From positions 20,708,001 to 20,772,000 of the forward strand of contig OZ024766.1 in assembly GCA_964016885.1 (NCBI GenBank): a stretch of DNA of 64,000 nucleotides, written 5' to 3'. This DNA is from Eledone cirrhosa (taxonomy: Eukaryota). The notes below the pieces were generated by a model that saw only the letters and a list, made by a program, of their open reading frames with translations, searched no databases and had not been told where the DNA came from. Position numbers and translations under genes: made by a program. Every line of letters begins with the position of its first letter. Positions within the stretch are counted from its first letter, which is position 1. This document shows, piece after piece, positions 28,343 through 41,723 of the stretch.

Positions 28343-28530
28343 TCATCATCATCATCATCAATTTACGTCCCCTTTTCCCTGCTTGCAAGGGTGGGACAGG
28401 TCCTATACAGCTCAGCATCTCTCCACTCGTCACGGTCCTTCGTCATCTCCTCCGTGTGTTTCAGTGATCTGAGGTCTGCTCCCACCACCTCCGCCCATGT
28501 TTTTCCTGGTCTTCCTTCTACTGCGTCTTC
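28343..28530 (-). mobile_element. RTE LINE 3' end
   Basis: Reverse complement of the RPRKTWAEVV...DRDEWRDA tail. Confidence 0.8.
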
Positions 28531-28750
28531 CTTCTATTGGAAGATGTTCAAGACCCCGACGGCAGAGCTCAAGCCGTTTCGACGGCTAGTCCAGAAATAG
28601 CTATCGAATCAGCTTGTTAAACATTTTCCTATTACCCACTCTACTACCCTAAGTATTGAGTACTCTGGTGCGTTATGGTCCACCTGGTTCCTTACCACAT
28701 TTCCTTCGTTATATATATATATACATACATATATATATATATATACATAC

Positions 28751-28789
<39 letters not shown>

Positions 28790-28838
28790 CATATATATAC
28801 ATATATTTATAAAACCATAAATATATACACTTTATTTG

Positions 28839-28983
<145 letters not shown>

Positions 28984-29083
28984 CATACATATATATATAT
29001 ATATATACATACATATATATATATATATATATACATATATATACATATATTTATAAAACCATAAATATATACACTTTATTTGT

Positions 29084-29231
<148 letters not shown>

Positions 29232-29403
29232 AATATAGTTTTTCATTTGTTAATATATCGTATATATATATATATATATATATATTTGTGCCCCAGCATG
29301 GCCTCAGTCGGATGGCTGAAACAGCTAAAGGAGTATATATGTTTGTCTATATATATATATATATATGTGTGTGTATATATATAGATATGTGTGTGTATGT
29401 ATG

Positions 29404-29441
<38 letters not shown>

Positions 29442-29444
<3 letters not shown>

Positions 29445-29730
29445 TCATCATCATCATCATTTTACGTCCGCTTTTCCCTGCTTGCAAGGGTGGGACGGGA
29501 ACTGATTCTGGCTTGATGTCTACAGCTTGATGCCCTTCCTAACACCAACCTCATTTACAGTGAGGGCTGGGTGCTTTTTTGCCGTGGCACCTCCACGACC
29601 ACTTTGCAGTGGAATGATAGGGACCCCAGTCCCTATCATCTCATTTCTACAGCTGAGTTAACTGGAGCAATGTGAAATAAAGTGTCTTGCTCAAGGAAAC
29701 AACACATCACCCGGTCTAAGCCATGTGCCT
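29442..29730 (-). mobile_element. SINE family A copy with deletion in the head
   Basis: Tail, internal unit and CORE present; tRNA B-box region deleted. Confidence 0.82.
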
Positions 29731-29737
29731 CCATATA

Positions 29738-29781
<44 letters not shown>

Positions 29782-29842
29782 ATATATAGTTATATATATA
29801 TTTAGTTATTTCCTGGACTTTTCCGACGGAATTACTTCATTT

Positions 29843-29896
<54 letters not shown>

Positions 29897-30020
29897 GTGA
29901 GGTTATTTTACAAAATGAAAAATAACCGAGGTGTCCTACACGAGTGAAAGTATAAAGGAAAAAAAGATGAAATTGAAAATGCAACTGGAGTCTTTTTTTT
30001 TTTAAATATATTTATTTGGT

Positions 30021-30058
30021 TCCTTTACCGGTTTCGCAGTTCTTCTGCTTTTCAAAAA
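30021..30058 (-). ncRNA. Variant hammerhead-like motif (Penelope-like end)
   Basis: Minus strand TTGAAAA gcag-aagaa-ctgc GAAA ccggt A then AATAAA; palindromic stem III ACCGGT; core deviates from CUGANGA. Confidence 0.4.
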
Positions 30059-30679
30059 TAGAATTGAGATGGAGGGTCTGTGGTTTTCATATATATTTCG
30101 GCCTGGGGAGGGTTGGGCTCCACCAGACTTTAAAAATGCCCAAGAAATTGCAGGACTATACATATCTATCTAACTTATGAGTTAATCCATCTTTCCAGTA
30201 CCAGTAACAGTCCAGGGGTTGTCCAAGGCACTGAAGCAAGTGACCAGCAATCTTTGAAATCTCCTCAAGAAATAAATGGCTTCTCTCTTTTGTCAGTGGT
30301 ATGTATGACTTTCGGGGGTCAGTTTTGGGAATATTGAAGCAATACCTCACCCTTCTTGGCCATTTACACACTGTCACCTCTCCCCCTCAAACAAACACAC
30401 ATACACATACATACAAACACATACGATTTTCTGTCTGTTTGTGTATGCATATGCATATTCAACTTCTTTGCCCCCCCTCTCTCTCTATATATATATATAT
30501 CTATCTATCTATATCTATATATATATAGGAACGAGTAGGACCCCGACGGCTGAGCTCAAGCCGTTTCGACGGCTAATTCTGGACTAAAAAAAAAAAAAAT
30601 AGGGGTTCTACTCGTTCCTATTACTGAGGTATTGGTATACAACCAACATATACTCAATATTTATACTCTATCACATATA

Positions 30680-30945
30680 TCATCATCATCATCATCACCG
30701 TTTTACGTCCGTTCTTCCACGCTAGCATGGGTTAGACGGGTTGTCCTGTTGTGGGCAGTGTCTGGTCGGCTGACCATGCCTTGCTCATACAGGAACTGAT
30801 CTGGCTTGATTTCTACAGCTGGATGCCCTTCCTAACACCAACCTCATTTACAGTGAGTGCTGGGTGCTTTTTCGTGGCGCCTACACGTCCACTTTACAGT
30901 GTGGGCTGGGTGCTTTATTGCCGTGGCACCTCCACGACCACCTTG
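30680..30945 (-). mobile_element. SINE 3' fragment (family A-related)
   Basis: (CAT)n, TTTTACGTCC, CTGGATGCCCTTCCT and internal units. Confidence 0.75.
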
Positions 30946-30974
30946 CGGTGGGGGGGGGGGGCATATTGTTTATA

Positions 30975-31330
30975 TGCTTCAGCATGTACCCATGGGAGGT
31001 CGGGTACCCTGTATTACTGCGTGACGCCAGAAGTCACGGTCGTGTGTCATCGACTTTGAGAGGTGTAGTTGGGTAAGGTCGGCTTTTATCACCTCATCCC
31101 AAGTCATCTTGGGTCTCCCCACTCCGCGGTTTCCATCAACTTCTAGTGCTCTGCACCTTTTTATGCAGCTGTCATCCTTCATACGCATCACATGTCCATA
31201 CCAGCGTAACCGCCTCTCCTGCACGCAGCATTTGATTCCTCTTATGCTCAGTCTCTCTCTCAATTCATTTATGCTTTGTCGTTCACGTATATTACTGTTA
31301 CACATCCATCGGAGCATGCATCGGAGCATA
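30975..31330 (-). mobile_element. RTE LINE 3' fragment (second subfamily)
   Basis: MLRWMCNSNIRERQSINELRERLSIRGIKCCVQERRLRWYGHVMRMKDDSCIKRCRALEVDGNRGVGRPKMTW. Confidence 0.88.
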
Positions 31331-31397
31331 TATATATATATATATATATTAAGAGAGTAAAACAAAGAAGCCTTCAATACATCAAAAGTCTTTATTA

Positions 31398-31435
31398 GCC
31401 GACAATGTTTCGTCCTATTAAGGACTCATCAGGGC
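31398..31435 (-). ncRNA. Canonical minimal type-I hammerhead ribozyme motif
   Basis: Minus strand gcc CTGATGA gtcct-taat-aggac GAAA cattGTC ggc, then AATAAA; perfect core, 5-bp stem II, stem I gcc/ggc, GUC cleavage triplet. Confidence 0.82.
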
Positions 31436-31517
31436 AATTAAAACAACAAGAAGTAATATCGGCAGATACAAGCCGGAAGCTCCGAAGAATATGGAGTGTA
31501 CATACACTAAAGTATTG

Positions 31518-31938
31518 CAAAAATATATAATAAAAATAATAAAAATATATAATAAAAATAATAAAAATATATAATAAAAATAATAAAAATATATAATAAA
31601 AATAATAAAAATATATAATAAAAATAATAAAAATATATAATAAAAATAATAAAAATATATAATAAAAATAATAAAAATATATAATAAATATAATAAAAAT
31701 ATATAATAAAAATAATAAAAATATATAATAAAAATAATAAAAATATATAATAAAAATAATAAAAATATATAATAAAAATATATAATAAAAATAATAAAAA
31801 TATATAATAAAAATAATAAAAATATATAATAAAAATAATAAAAATATATAATAAAAATATATAATAAAAATAATAAAAATATATAATAAAAATAATAAAA
31901 ATATATAATAAAAATAATAAAAATATATAATAAAAATT
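31518..31938. repeat. AT-only ~22-bp minisatellite (AAAAATATATAATAAAAATAAT)
   Basis: Directly visible. Confidence 0.95.
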
Positions 31939-32077
31939 ACTAAGGATGTATATAACATTAAGAACCATATTACAAATATAGTCCAAAGCAAAAAAAAACC
32001 TAGAGCTAAACAAAGGTGGTTATATAGAGCAGGAATTATATATAATACAATGTAATATAATATATATATATATATAT

Positions 32078-32752
32078 AAACGGAAAAAATGAAACGAAAT
32101 TTCATTTCCCACTCTCAGTACAGCGTTCCTTTGTCAGTGTTGAATAAACGAGCAACGGTGGTTGCTGGACACTACGGCTTAATACGGGATGTTTGTTTAC
32201 AAACACACCGAGCATTATAATAAATGTTTGGTGAATCCATACGTACATATATATATGTGTGCATGTATGTATATATATATACATACTACTGTACGTCTGT
32301 ATACATATATGTATGTACGTGTACATACTTATATTTAAGTAACAGCCGTACTAAGAGTGGGAAATGAAATTTTGTTTCATTTTTTCCATTTATCGTTTTC
32401 GGTGCACCCGGCCGATTAACCCACTCGATATGCAAACTGCGCTACTCAGCCGTTAATATGCATAAGGTAAGTATATACGTTCAACAATCTGGCAGGAAGG
32501 TATACGTTGCTGACGATAGCTAATAAGCTTGAAACTAGTACAGCGTTCCTTTGTCAGTGTTGAACAAACGAGCAACGATGGTTGCTAGACACTACAGCTT
32601 AATACGGGATGTTTGTTTACAAACACACCGAGCATTATAATAAATGTTCGGTGAATCCATACGTACATATATATATGTGTGCATGTATGTATATATATAT
32701 ACATACTACTGTACGTCTGTATACATATATGTATGTACGTATACATACTTAT
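32078..32752 (+). mobile_element. Hammerhead-containing non-coding tandem element (retrozyme-like, 420-bp unit) with inverted 5' segment
   Basis: 32121-32540 repeats from 32541 at an exact 420-bp offset; 32078-32120 is the reverse complement of an internal segment; flanked by (TA)n. Confidence 0.72.
32504..32546 (+). ncRNA. Type-I hammerhead ribozyme motif
   Basis: acgttg CTGACGA t-agct-aata-agct-t GAAA ctaGTA cagcgt; 6-bp stem I (one G-U), palindromic stem III ACTAGT, cleavage predicted after 32540. Confidence 0.75.
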
Positions 32753-32864
32753 ATATATATATATATCTGTCTATATATTGATATATAAATAGGAATCTAT
32801 TTTCATCTTTGTGGCTTGAGTTCATTATAAGTCGATAAATCTGGAAAAAACCAATGAAGACTCC

Positions 32865-32872
32865 ACACGCAC

Positions 32873-32903
<31 letters not shown>

Positions 32904-33486
32904 CACCCACACACCCATATGTGTATATATATGCACACACACTCACACACCCATATGTGTATATATATATATATATATAAATATACAGGCACACATGTAA
33001 GTATACATATATATATATATATACACCCACACACCCATATGTGTATATATATGCACACACACTCACACACACACCCATATGTGTATATATATATATATAT
33101 AAATATACAGGCACACATGTAAGTATACATATATATATATATATATACACCCACACACCCATATGTGTATATATATGCACACACACTCACACACACACCC
33201 ATATGTGTATATATATATATATATAAATATACAGGCACACATGTAAGTATACATATATATATATATATACACCCACACACCCATATGTGTATATATATGC
33301 ACACACACACACACACCCATATGTGTGTATATATATATAAATATACAGGCACACATGCAAGTATATATATATATATATATCCACACACATACACAGATGC
33401 ACACATATATATATATATATACACACACACACATATACCCATATGTGTATATATATATATATATAAATATACAGACACACATGCAA

Positions 33487-33526
<40 letters not shown>

Positions 33527-33590
33527 ACACAGATGCACACATATATATATATATACACACACACACATATATATATTTATATATACACAC
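32865..33590. repeat. ~122-bp compound (TA)/(CA) tandem repeat
   Basis: Recurring AAATATACAGGCACACATGTAAG...CCCACACACCCATATG. Confidence 0.85.
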
Positions 33591-33923
33591 ACAGAGACAA
33601 ATACTGACCACACCAACACCACCCTCATCACGGCCATAACTAACCCCTTCCCCCACCCCCACCCACCCCGGCACCACCACCACCTTCACCAACACCACCA
33701 CTTCAATGCTACTACCTTCTAACTGGTTCCTTCTATGAATATTTCATGCAAGAAACACCTGTTCAGGGATGTTTTGTTTTCTTCAATGTCCAGTATATAC
33801 AACAACAACAACAGCAGTTGTTGTTGTTGTTGTTGTTGTAGCTGGACTTCCGATTGTCCTGATAAAAAAGTGTCCAGATTGTATGGAGATTGTCCAAGAG
33901 AAGCCTGCCTGTGAAAGTTAATT

Positions 33924-36900
33924 AAACATTTAGTCCACTAGTAAAGATACTATAAACATTTAGTCCACTAGTAAAGATACTATAAACATTTAGTCCACCA
34001 GTAAAGATACTATAAACATTTAGTCCACTAGTAAAGATACTAGAAACATTTAGTCCACCAGTAAAGATACTATAAACATTTAGTCCACTAGTAAAGATAC
34101 TATAAACATTTAGTCCACCAGTAAAGATACTAGAAACATTTAGTCCACCAGTAAAGATACTAGAAACATTTAGTCCACCAGTAAAGATACTAGAAACATT
34201 TAGTCCACCAGTAAAGATACTATAAACATTTAGTCCACTACTAAAGGTACTATAAACATTTAGTACACTAGTAAAGATACTATAAACATTTAGTCCACTA
34301 GTAAAGATACTATAAACATTTAGTCCACCAGTAAAGATACTATAAACATTTAGTCCACCAGTAAAGATACTATAAACATTTAGTCCACTACTAAAGGTAC
34401 TATAAAGATTTAGTCCACTAGTAAAGATACTATAAACATTTAGTACACCAGTAAAGATACTATAAACATTTAGTCCACTAGTAAAGATACTATAAACATT
34501 TAGTCCACCAGTAAAGGTACTATAAACATTTAGTACACCAGTAAAGATACTATAAACATTTAGTCCACCAGTGAAGATACTATAAACATTTAGTCCACTA
34601 GTAAAGATACTATAAACATTTAGTCCACCAGTAAAGATACTATAAACATTTAGTCCACCAGTAAAGATACTATATACATTTAGTCCACCAGTAAAGATAT
34701 TATAAACATTTAGTCCACCAGTAAAGATACTATAAACATTTAGTACACCAGTAAAGATACTAGAAACATTTAGTCCACCAGTAAAGATACTATAAACATT
34801 TAGTACACTAGTAAAGATACTATAAACATTTAGTCCACCAGTAAAGATACTATAAACATTTAGTACACCAGTAAAGATACTATAAACATTTAGTCCACCA
34901 GTAAAGATACTATAAACATTTAGTACACCAGTAAAGATACTATAAACATTTAGTCCACCAGTAAAGATACTATAAACATTTAGTCCACCAGTAAAGATAC
35001 TAGAAACATTTAGTCCACCAGTAAAGATACTATAAACATTTAGTACACCAGTAAAGATACTATAAACATTTAGTCCACCAGTAAAGATACTATAAACATT
35101 TAGTCCACCAGTAAAGATACTATAAACATTTAGTCTACTAGTAAAGATACTATAAACATTTAGTCCACCAGTAAAGATACTATAAACATTTAGTCCACCA
35201 GTAAAGATACTATAAACATTTAGTCCACCAGTAAAGATACTATAAACATTTAGTGCACCAGTAAAGATACTAGAAACATTTAGTCCACCAGTAAAGATAC
35301 TATAAACATTTAGTACACTAGTAAAGATACTATAAACATTTAGTCCACCAGTAAAGATACTATAAACATTTAGTCCACCAGTAAAGATACTATAAACATT
35401 TAGTCCACCAGTAAAGATACTATAAACATTTAGTCCACTAGTAAAGATACTATAAACATTTAGTCCACCAGTAAAGATACTATAAACATTTAGTCCACTA
35501 GTAAAGATACTATAAACATTTAGTACACCAGTAAAGATACTATAAACATTTAGTCCACCAGTAAAGATACTATAAACATTTAGTCCACCAGTAAAGATAC
35601 TATAAACATTTAGTCCACCAGTAAAGATACTAGAAACATTTAGTCCACCAGTAAAGATACTATAAACATTTAGTACACTAGTAAAGATACTATAAACATT
35701 TAGTCCACCAGTAAAGATACTATAAACATTTAGTCCACCAGTAAAGATACTATAAACATTTAGTCCACCAGTAAAGATACTATAAATATTTAGTCCACTA
35801 GTAAAGATACTATAAACATTTAGTCCACCAGTAAAGATACTATAAACATTTAGTCCACTAGTAAAGATACTATAAACCTTTAGTCCACGAGTAAAGATAC
35901 TATAAACATTTAGTCCACCAGTAAAGATACTATAAACATTTAGTCCACCAGTAAAGATACTATAAACATTTAGTCCACTAGTAAAGATACTATAAACATA
36001 TAGTCCACCAGTAAAGATACTATAAACATTTAGTCCACCAGTAAAGATACTATAAACATTTAGTCCACCAGTAAAGATATTATAAACATTTAGTCCACTA
36101 GTAAAGATACTATAAATATTTAGTCCACCAGTAAAGATACTATAAACATTTAGTACACTAGTAAAGATACTATAAACATTTAGTCCACCAGTAAAGGTAC
36201 TATAAACATTTAGTACACCAGTAAAGATACTATAAACATATAGTACACCAGTAAAGATACTAGAAACATTTAGTACACCAGTAAAGATACTATAAACATT
36301 TAGTCCACCAGTAAAGATACTATAAACATTTAGTCCACTAGTAAAGATACTATAAACATTTAGTACACTAGTAAAGATACTATAAACATTTAGTCCACCA
36401 GTAAAGATACTATAAACATTTATTACAGTAGTAAAGATACTATAAACATTTAGTACAGTAGTAAAGATACTATAAACATTTAGTCCACTAGTAAAGATAC
36501 TATAAACATTTAGTACACCAGTAAAGATACTATAAACATTTAGTACAGTAGTAAAGATACTATAAACATTTAGTACACCAGTAAAGATACTATAAACATT
36601 TAGTCCACCAGTAAAGATACTATAAACATTTAGTCCACCAGTAAAGATACTATAAACATTTAGTCCACCAGTAAAGATACTATAAACATTTAGTCCACCA
36701 GTAAAGATACTATAAACATTTAGTCCACCAGTAAAGATACTATAAACATTTAGTCCACCAGTAAAGATACTATAAACATTTAGTACACCAGTAAAGATAC
36801 TATAAACATTTAGTACACCAGTAAAGATACTATAAACATTTAGTCCACCAGTAAAGATACTATAAACATTTAGTCCACCAGTAAAGATACTATAAACATT

Positions 36901-37147
36901 TAGTACACCAGTAAAGATACTATAAACATTTAGTCCACCAGTAAAGATACTATAAACATTTAGTCCACCAGTAAAGATACTATAAACATTTAGTACACCA
37001 GTAAAGATACTATAAACATTTAGTCCACCAGTAAAGATACTATAAACATTTAGTCCACCAGTAAAGATACTATAAACATTTAGTCCACTAGTAAAGATAC
37101 TATAAACATTTAGTACACCAGTAAAGATACTATAAACATTTAGTCCA
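33924..37147. repeat. 30-bp minisatellite (~107 copies)
   Basis: Unit TAAACATTTAGTCCACCAGTAAAGATACTA; no indels noticed across 3.2 kb. Confidence 0.98.
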
Positions 37148-37272
37148 TTCTTTAAACACTTACCCTGCCCCAGGGACAATGAAAGACCCCGCCCCAGGGG
37201 TAACAGACCCTACCCCGGGGATAACAACAGACGATGCCGCCCCAGGACTAAAGAGGTATTCTCTCTTCACAG

Positions 37273-37342
37273 GTCTACGAAGATGGTGTGGCCAAGTTTC
37301 ACCGCCCCTCAGATGCAGGAGGACAACAGAGCTTCATTACAG
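37273..37342 (+). CDS. Exon of unidentified + strand gene
   Basis: cttcacag acceptor, CAG|gtaggg donor; [23 protein letters not shown]; phase-compatible chain with three downstream exons. Confidence 0.55.
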
Positions 37343-37500
37343 GTAGGGTGCTGTGGTTTACTTCTTCTACCGTGGTGGTGGGGTGGGGTAGCGGTGTTGG
37401 GGTGGGGAGGTACATATATATGTGTGTGTGTGTGTGTATCCCCCCCCCCTCCTCTATATATATACTGGAAATATTATATTTCATATTTTTTGTTTTACAG

Positions 37501-37523
37501 AACTGAAACGGAAAATAGCAAAA
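37501..37523 (+). CDS. 23-nt microexon of unidentified gene
   Basis: ttttttgttttacag acceptor, AA|gtgagt donor; (E)LKRKIAK; restores phase 0. Confidence 0.55.
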
Positions 37524-37525
37524 GT

Positions 37526-37888
37526 GAGTACACTTCTAGTACACTTATAACACACTTACACCACACTTACATTACACTTATAATACACTTACACCCCACT
37601 TACATTACACTCATAATACACTTACACCCCACTTACATTACACTTATAATACACTTACACCACACTTACATTACACTTATAATACACTTACACCCCACTT
37701 ACATTACACTTAGAACACACTTACATTACACTTATATCACACTTATATTAACACTTATAACACACTTACATTACACTTATAACTCACTTACATTACACTT
37801 ATATTGCACTTACACCACACTTACATTACACTTATATTACACTTATAACACACTTACACAAAACTCACATTACACTTATACTACACTT
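37526..37888. repeat. ACACTTAC/ATTACACTT low-complexity tandem repeat
   Basis: Directly visible; same type at 44348-44865. Confidence 0.85.
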
Positions 37889-37954
37889 AGCCTTTCTTCA
37901 TTGTCAGAACCCCCCAATTACTCTGTATATACATATATATATACATATATATAC

Positions 37955-38049
<95 letters not shown>

Positions 38050-38066
38050 CATATATATAAATATAC

Positions 38067-38102
<36 letters not shown>

Positions 38103-38115
38103 GTATATATATATG

Positions 38116-38171
<56 letters not shown>

Positions 38172-38232
38172 TATATATATGAATTAGCCGTCGAAACGGC
38201 TTGAGCTCAGCTGTCGGGGTCTTACTGGTTCC

Positions 38233-38307
<75 letters not shown>

Positions 38308-38320
38308 GTATATATATATG

Positions 38321-38351
<31 letters not shown>

Positions 38352-38376
38352 GTATATATATATGTATATATATATG

Positions 38377-38422
<46 letters not shown>

Positions 38423-38423
<1 letters not shown>

Positions 38424-40335
38424 GTAACTTTGAATAACTTTGAAATGTTTTGGCCAGTATTGGCCCAGGCCATGTCTAACTTAATAGCACTACCTGGCGA
38501 AGTCTTTCAATTCAGGATTTGGGCACCATGGCCCATTCGAGAAGAGAATTACTGTTTGCGGAGACATATCCGGGTGTGGGTGGTTTGTCCGGGATTACTT
38601 GGAGGAATTTGTCCAAAGACTTCTTGAATTTTGTGTGGTCAGTTTCTGTTTTGACGTGTCCTGGTGTGATGTTGAAGAGAGCAGGGCCGATTGAGGTGAA
38701 ATAATTGTGCCGTATTGTTGTTATGAGTTGCGATTTAGATTTTTGAATGGGACGGATAGCACGGGGCCCAAGCCTTGGGTGTATCTTGAAGGCGATGCCA
38801 ACATCATTTGGGCAGTGATGATGGAACATTTTCCACATCATGCAGATAATATAACGCTCACGGCGACGTTGGAGTGAGTAAAGTTTCAGGTTTTCCAATC
38901 GACCCCAGTAGTCAAGGTCTGACATGCCATCTATCTTTTTCGTGATTGCCCTTTGAGGAGCTTCAAGTTTCATGATACTTTGTTTCGTGTGGGGAGACCA
39001 CAGTGGACAACAGTATTCAAGGTGTGGTCGGGCGAAAGTAGAGAAGAGAAGGATAATGGTGCGGGAATCTCTCGACTGGAAGGTTCTGAGGATCCAGGAA
39101 CACATTCTGCGGGCCATGTCAACTTTGCTGCTTATATGCGTGGTCCAGCTTATGTTGCTGTCCACGGTTACTCCCAAGTCTCTGATGTTGTTAGATGCCA
39201 CGAGAGTTTCCCCGGAGGGAAGGGAGTACGGGAGTTTCAGAGCATCCTCTTTTCCAAAGTGGATCAGTTCGAATTTGTCTTCGTTCAGTAACATGTTGTT
39301 CTTTTCTGCCCATTGGGTAACAGCCAGTAGGTCTGACTGAAGGCTTATCCGGTCATCCACGCCATTGATGACCTTTTGGAGCTTGGAATCATCAGCGAAA
39401 ATTTTAATGTTGCTGTGTTTGATGATGTCAGTGATGTCATTAATATAGATGATGAAGAGAAGTGGGCCCAACACAGTGCCTTGTGGGACTCCACTACTGA
39501 CTTTGGCTGGGCTTGATTTGACTCCCTCAACTACAACATGTTGGGTTCTGTTTGACAGGAAGCTCTTGATCCACTGCAGCAGCTTTCCAGTGACACCAAT
39601 ATTGGACAGCTTTCTCAGTAGAATGTTATGATCAACCCTGTCAAAGGCCTTGCTGAAATCAAGGTAGATAACATCAGTGTTGGAACCCTCTCCCAAGGCT
39701 CTCAAAATGTCATCAAAGTGATGCAGTAGTTGCGTCAGGCAATCCCTTCCATTACGGAATCCATGCTGATTGGAGTTCAGCATATTGTTACTCTCAAGAA
39801 AGTGGGTCATTCGCGATCTCACCACTCGCTCAAATACCTTAATGATATGAGAGGTGAGTGAGATTGGACGGTAATTCACGGCAAGGGATTTGTTTCCCTT
39901 TTTGAAAACTGGGACAACAGACTGGGATAGAAGGTTTTCTGGCACATATCCAGCATCCAGTGAGTTCCGCCACAGATTGGCAAGAGGAGAAGCAAGTTGG
40001 TGTTGACACGCCTTCAAGACACAAGCAGGGAACCTATCGGGACCTACTGCTGAATTATGCTTGATTTCCTTTATTGCCGCCAAGACATCAGGGGCGCCAA
40101 ACGTTATGTCCGATAAGGTGTAATGGGGAGTAACATCGCCGATACAGCCCAGATCGGCCATATCAGGATTGCTGAAAACAGAGCAGTATTGTTTCTGCAG
40201 TATCTCACCCATGGTTTTAGCATTGTCTTGAAGAGTGCCATTTTCATCAATTAGAGGGCCAACAGTAGAGCCAGTGATTTTGTGTTTTTTTGCAAATGAA
40301 AAGAACACTTTGGGATTGAGTTTGTATGGGATTGT
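38423..40335 (-). mobile_element. 5'-truncated CR1-group LINE with uninterrupted reverse-transcriptase ORF
   Basis: ~605 stop-free codons (40335-38512): [54 protein letters not shown]; both ends in (TA)n. Confidence 0.92.
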
Positions 40336-40458
40336 ATATATATATATGTATATATATATATGTATATATATATGTATATATATATATGTATATATATATG
40401 TATATATATATATATGTATATACATACATATATATATATGTGTATATATATATATATA

Positions 40459-40490
<32 letters not shown>

Positions 40491-40492
40491 CA

Positions 40493-40524
<32 letters not shown>

Positions 40525-40534
40525 CATATATGTG

Positions 40535-40593
<59 letters not shown>

Positions 40594-40606
40594 GTATATA
40601 TATATG

Positions 40607-40637
<31 letters not shown>

Positions 40638-40764
40638 GTATATATATATATGTATATATATATATGTATATATATATGTATATATATATATGTATATATA
40701 TATGTATATATATATATATATGTATATACATACATATATATATATGTGTATATATATATATATA

Positions 40765-40796
<32 letters not shown>

Positions 40797-40798
40797 CA

Positions 40799-40830
<32 letters not shown>

Positions 40831-40890
40831 CATATATGTGTATATACATATATATATATATACACACATATATATATATGTGTATATATA

Positions 40891-40954
<64 letters not shown>

Positions 40955-40969
40955 ACTCTATTATAACAG

Positions 40970-41035
40970 ATCGCTAAAGTTGAAGAAGAGCAGAGAAAAG
41001 TCGGCAGAGACAGGCTGTATGATGTCGCTCTCTAT
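40970..41035 (+). CDS. Exon of unidentified gene
   Basis: ataacag acceptor, AT|gtaagt donor; [22 protein letters not shown]; phase 0/0. Confidence 0.55.
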
Positions 41036-41117
41036 GTAAGTACTCTGTCTGTCTGTCTGTCTGTCTGTCTGTGTAGTTATCTATTTATCTATCTATCTAT
41101 CTCTCTCTATATATATC

Positions 41118-41679
41118 ATCATCATTTTACGTCCCCTTTTCCCTGCTTGCAAGGGTGGGACGGGGTCCTATTCAGCACAGCATCTCTCCACTTGTCACGG
41201 TCCTTCGTCATCTCCTCCGTGAGCTTCAGCGATCTGAGGTCTGTTCTCACCACCTCCGCCCATGTTTTTCGTGGTCTACCTCTACCACGTCTTCTTTCGA
41301 CTTCAACTGGCATTTTCTGGCACTTCTTCATCTATCGGTCATCCTCCATGCGCGTCACATGTCCATACCACCTCAGTCTCCTCTCCCGTACACTACATTC
41401 TATCCCTCTCCGACACAGTTTCTCTCTCAACACATCACATGTCCATACCACCTCAGTCTCCTCTCCCACACACTACATTCTATCCCTCTCAGACACAGTT
41501 TCTCTCTCAACACATCACATGTCCATACCACCTCAGTCTTCTCTCCCGTACACTACATTCTATCCCTCTCCGACACAGTTTCTCTCTCAACACATCACAT
41601 GTCCATACCACCTCAGTCTCCTCTCCCGTACACCACATTCTATCCCTCTTATACACAGTTTCTCTCTCAACACATTCAT

Positions 41680-41680
<1 letters not shown>
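41118..41680 (-). mobile_element. RTE LINE 3' end with four 80-bp units
   Basis: KKCQKMPVEVERRRGRGRPRKTWAEVV...; 80-bp units at 41355-41675. Confidence 0.85.

Positions 41681-41719
<39 letters not shown>

Positions 41720-41723
<4 letters not shown>

Noticed and set aside
33700-33920. Candidate exon(s) on either strand next to the 30-bp minisatellite; similar candidates at 22130-22161, 26820-26833, 30156-30377 and 32770-32840
   Set aside because: Splice-like sites exist, but I could not build a phase-consistent, recognisable chain
40336-40869. N-terminal YI-repeat extension of the 785-aa RT ORF
   Set aside because: (TA)n tract fortuitously in frame with a 5'-truncated LINE
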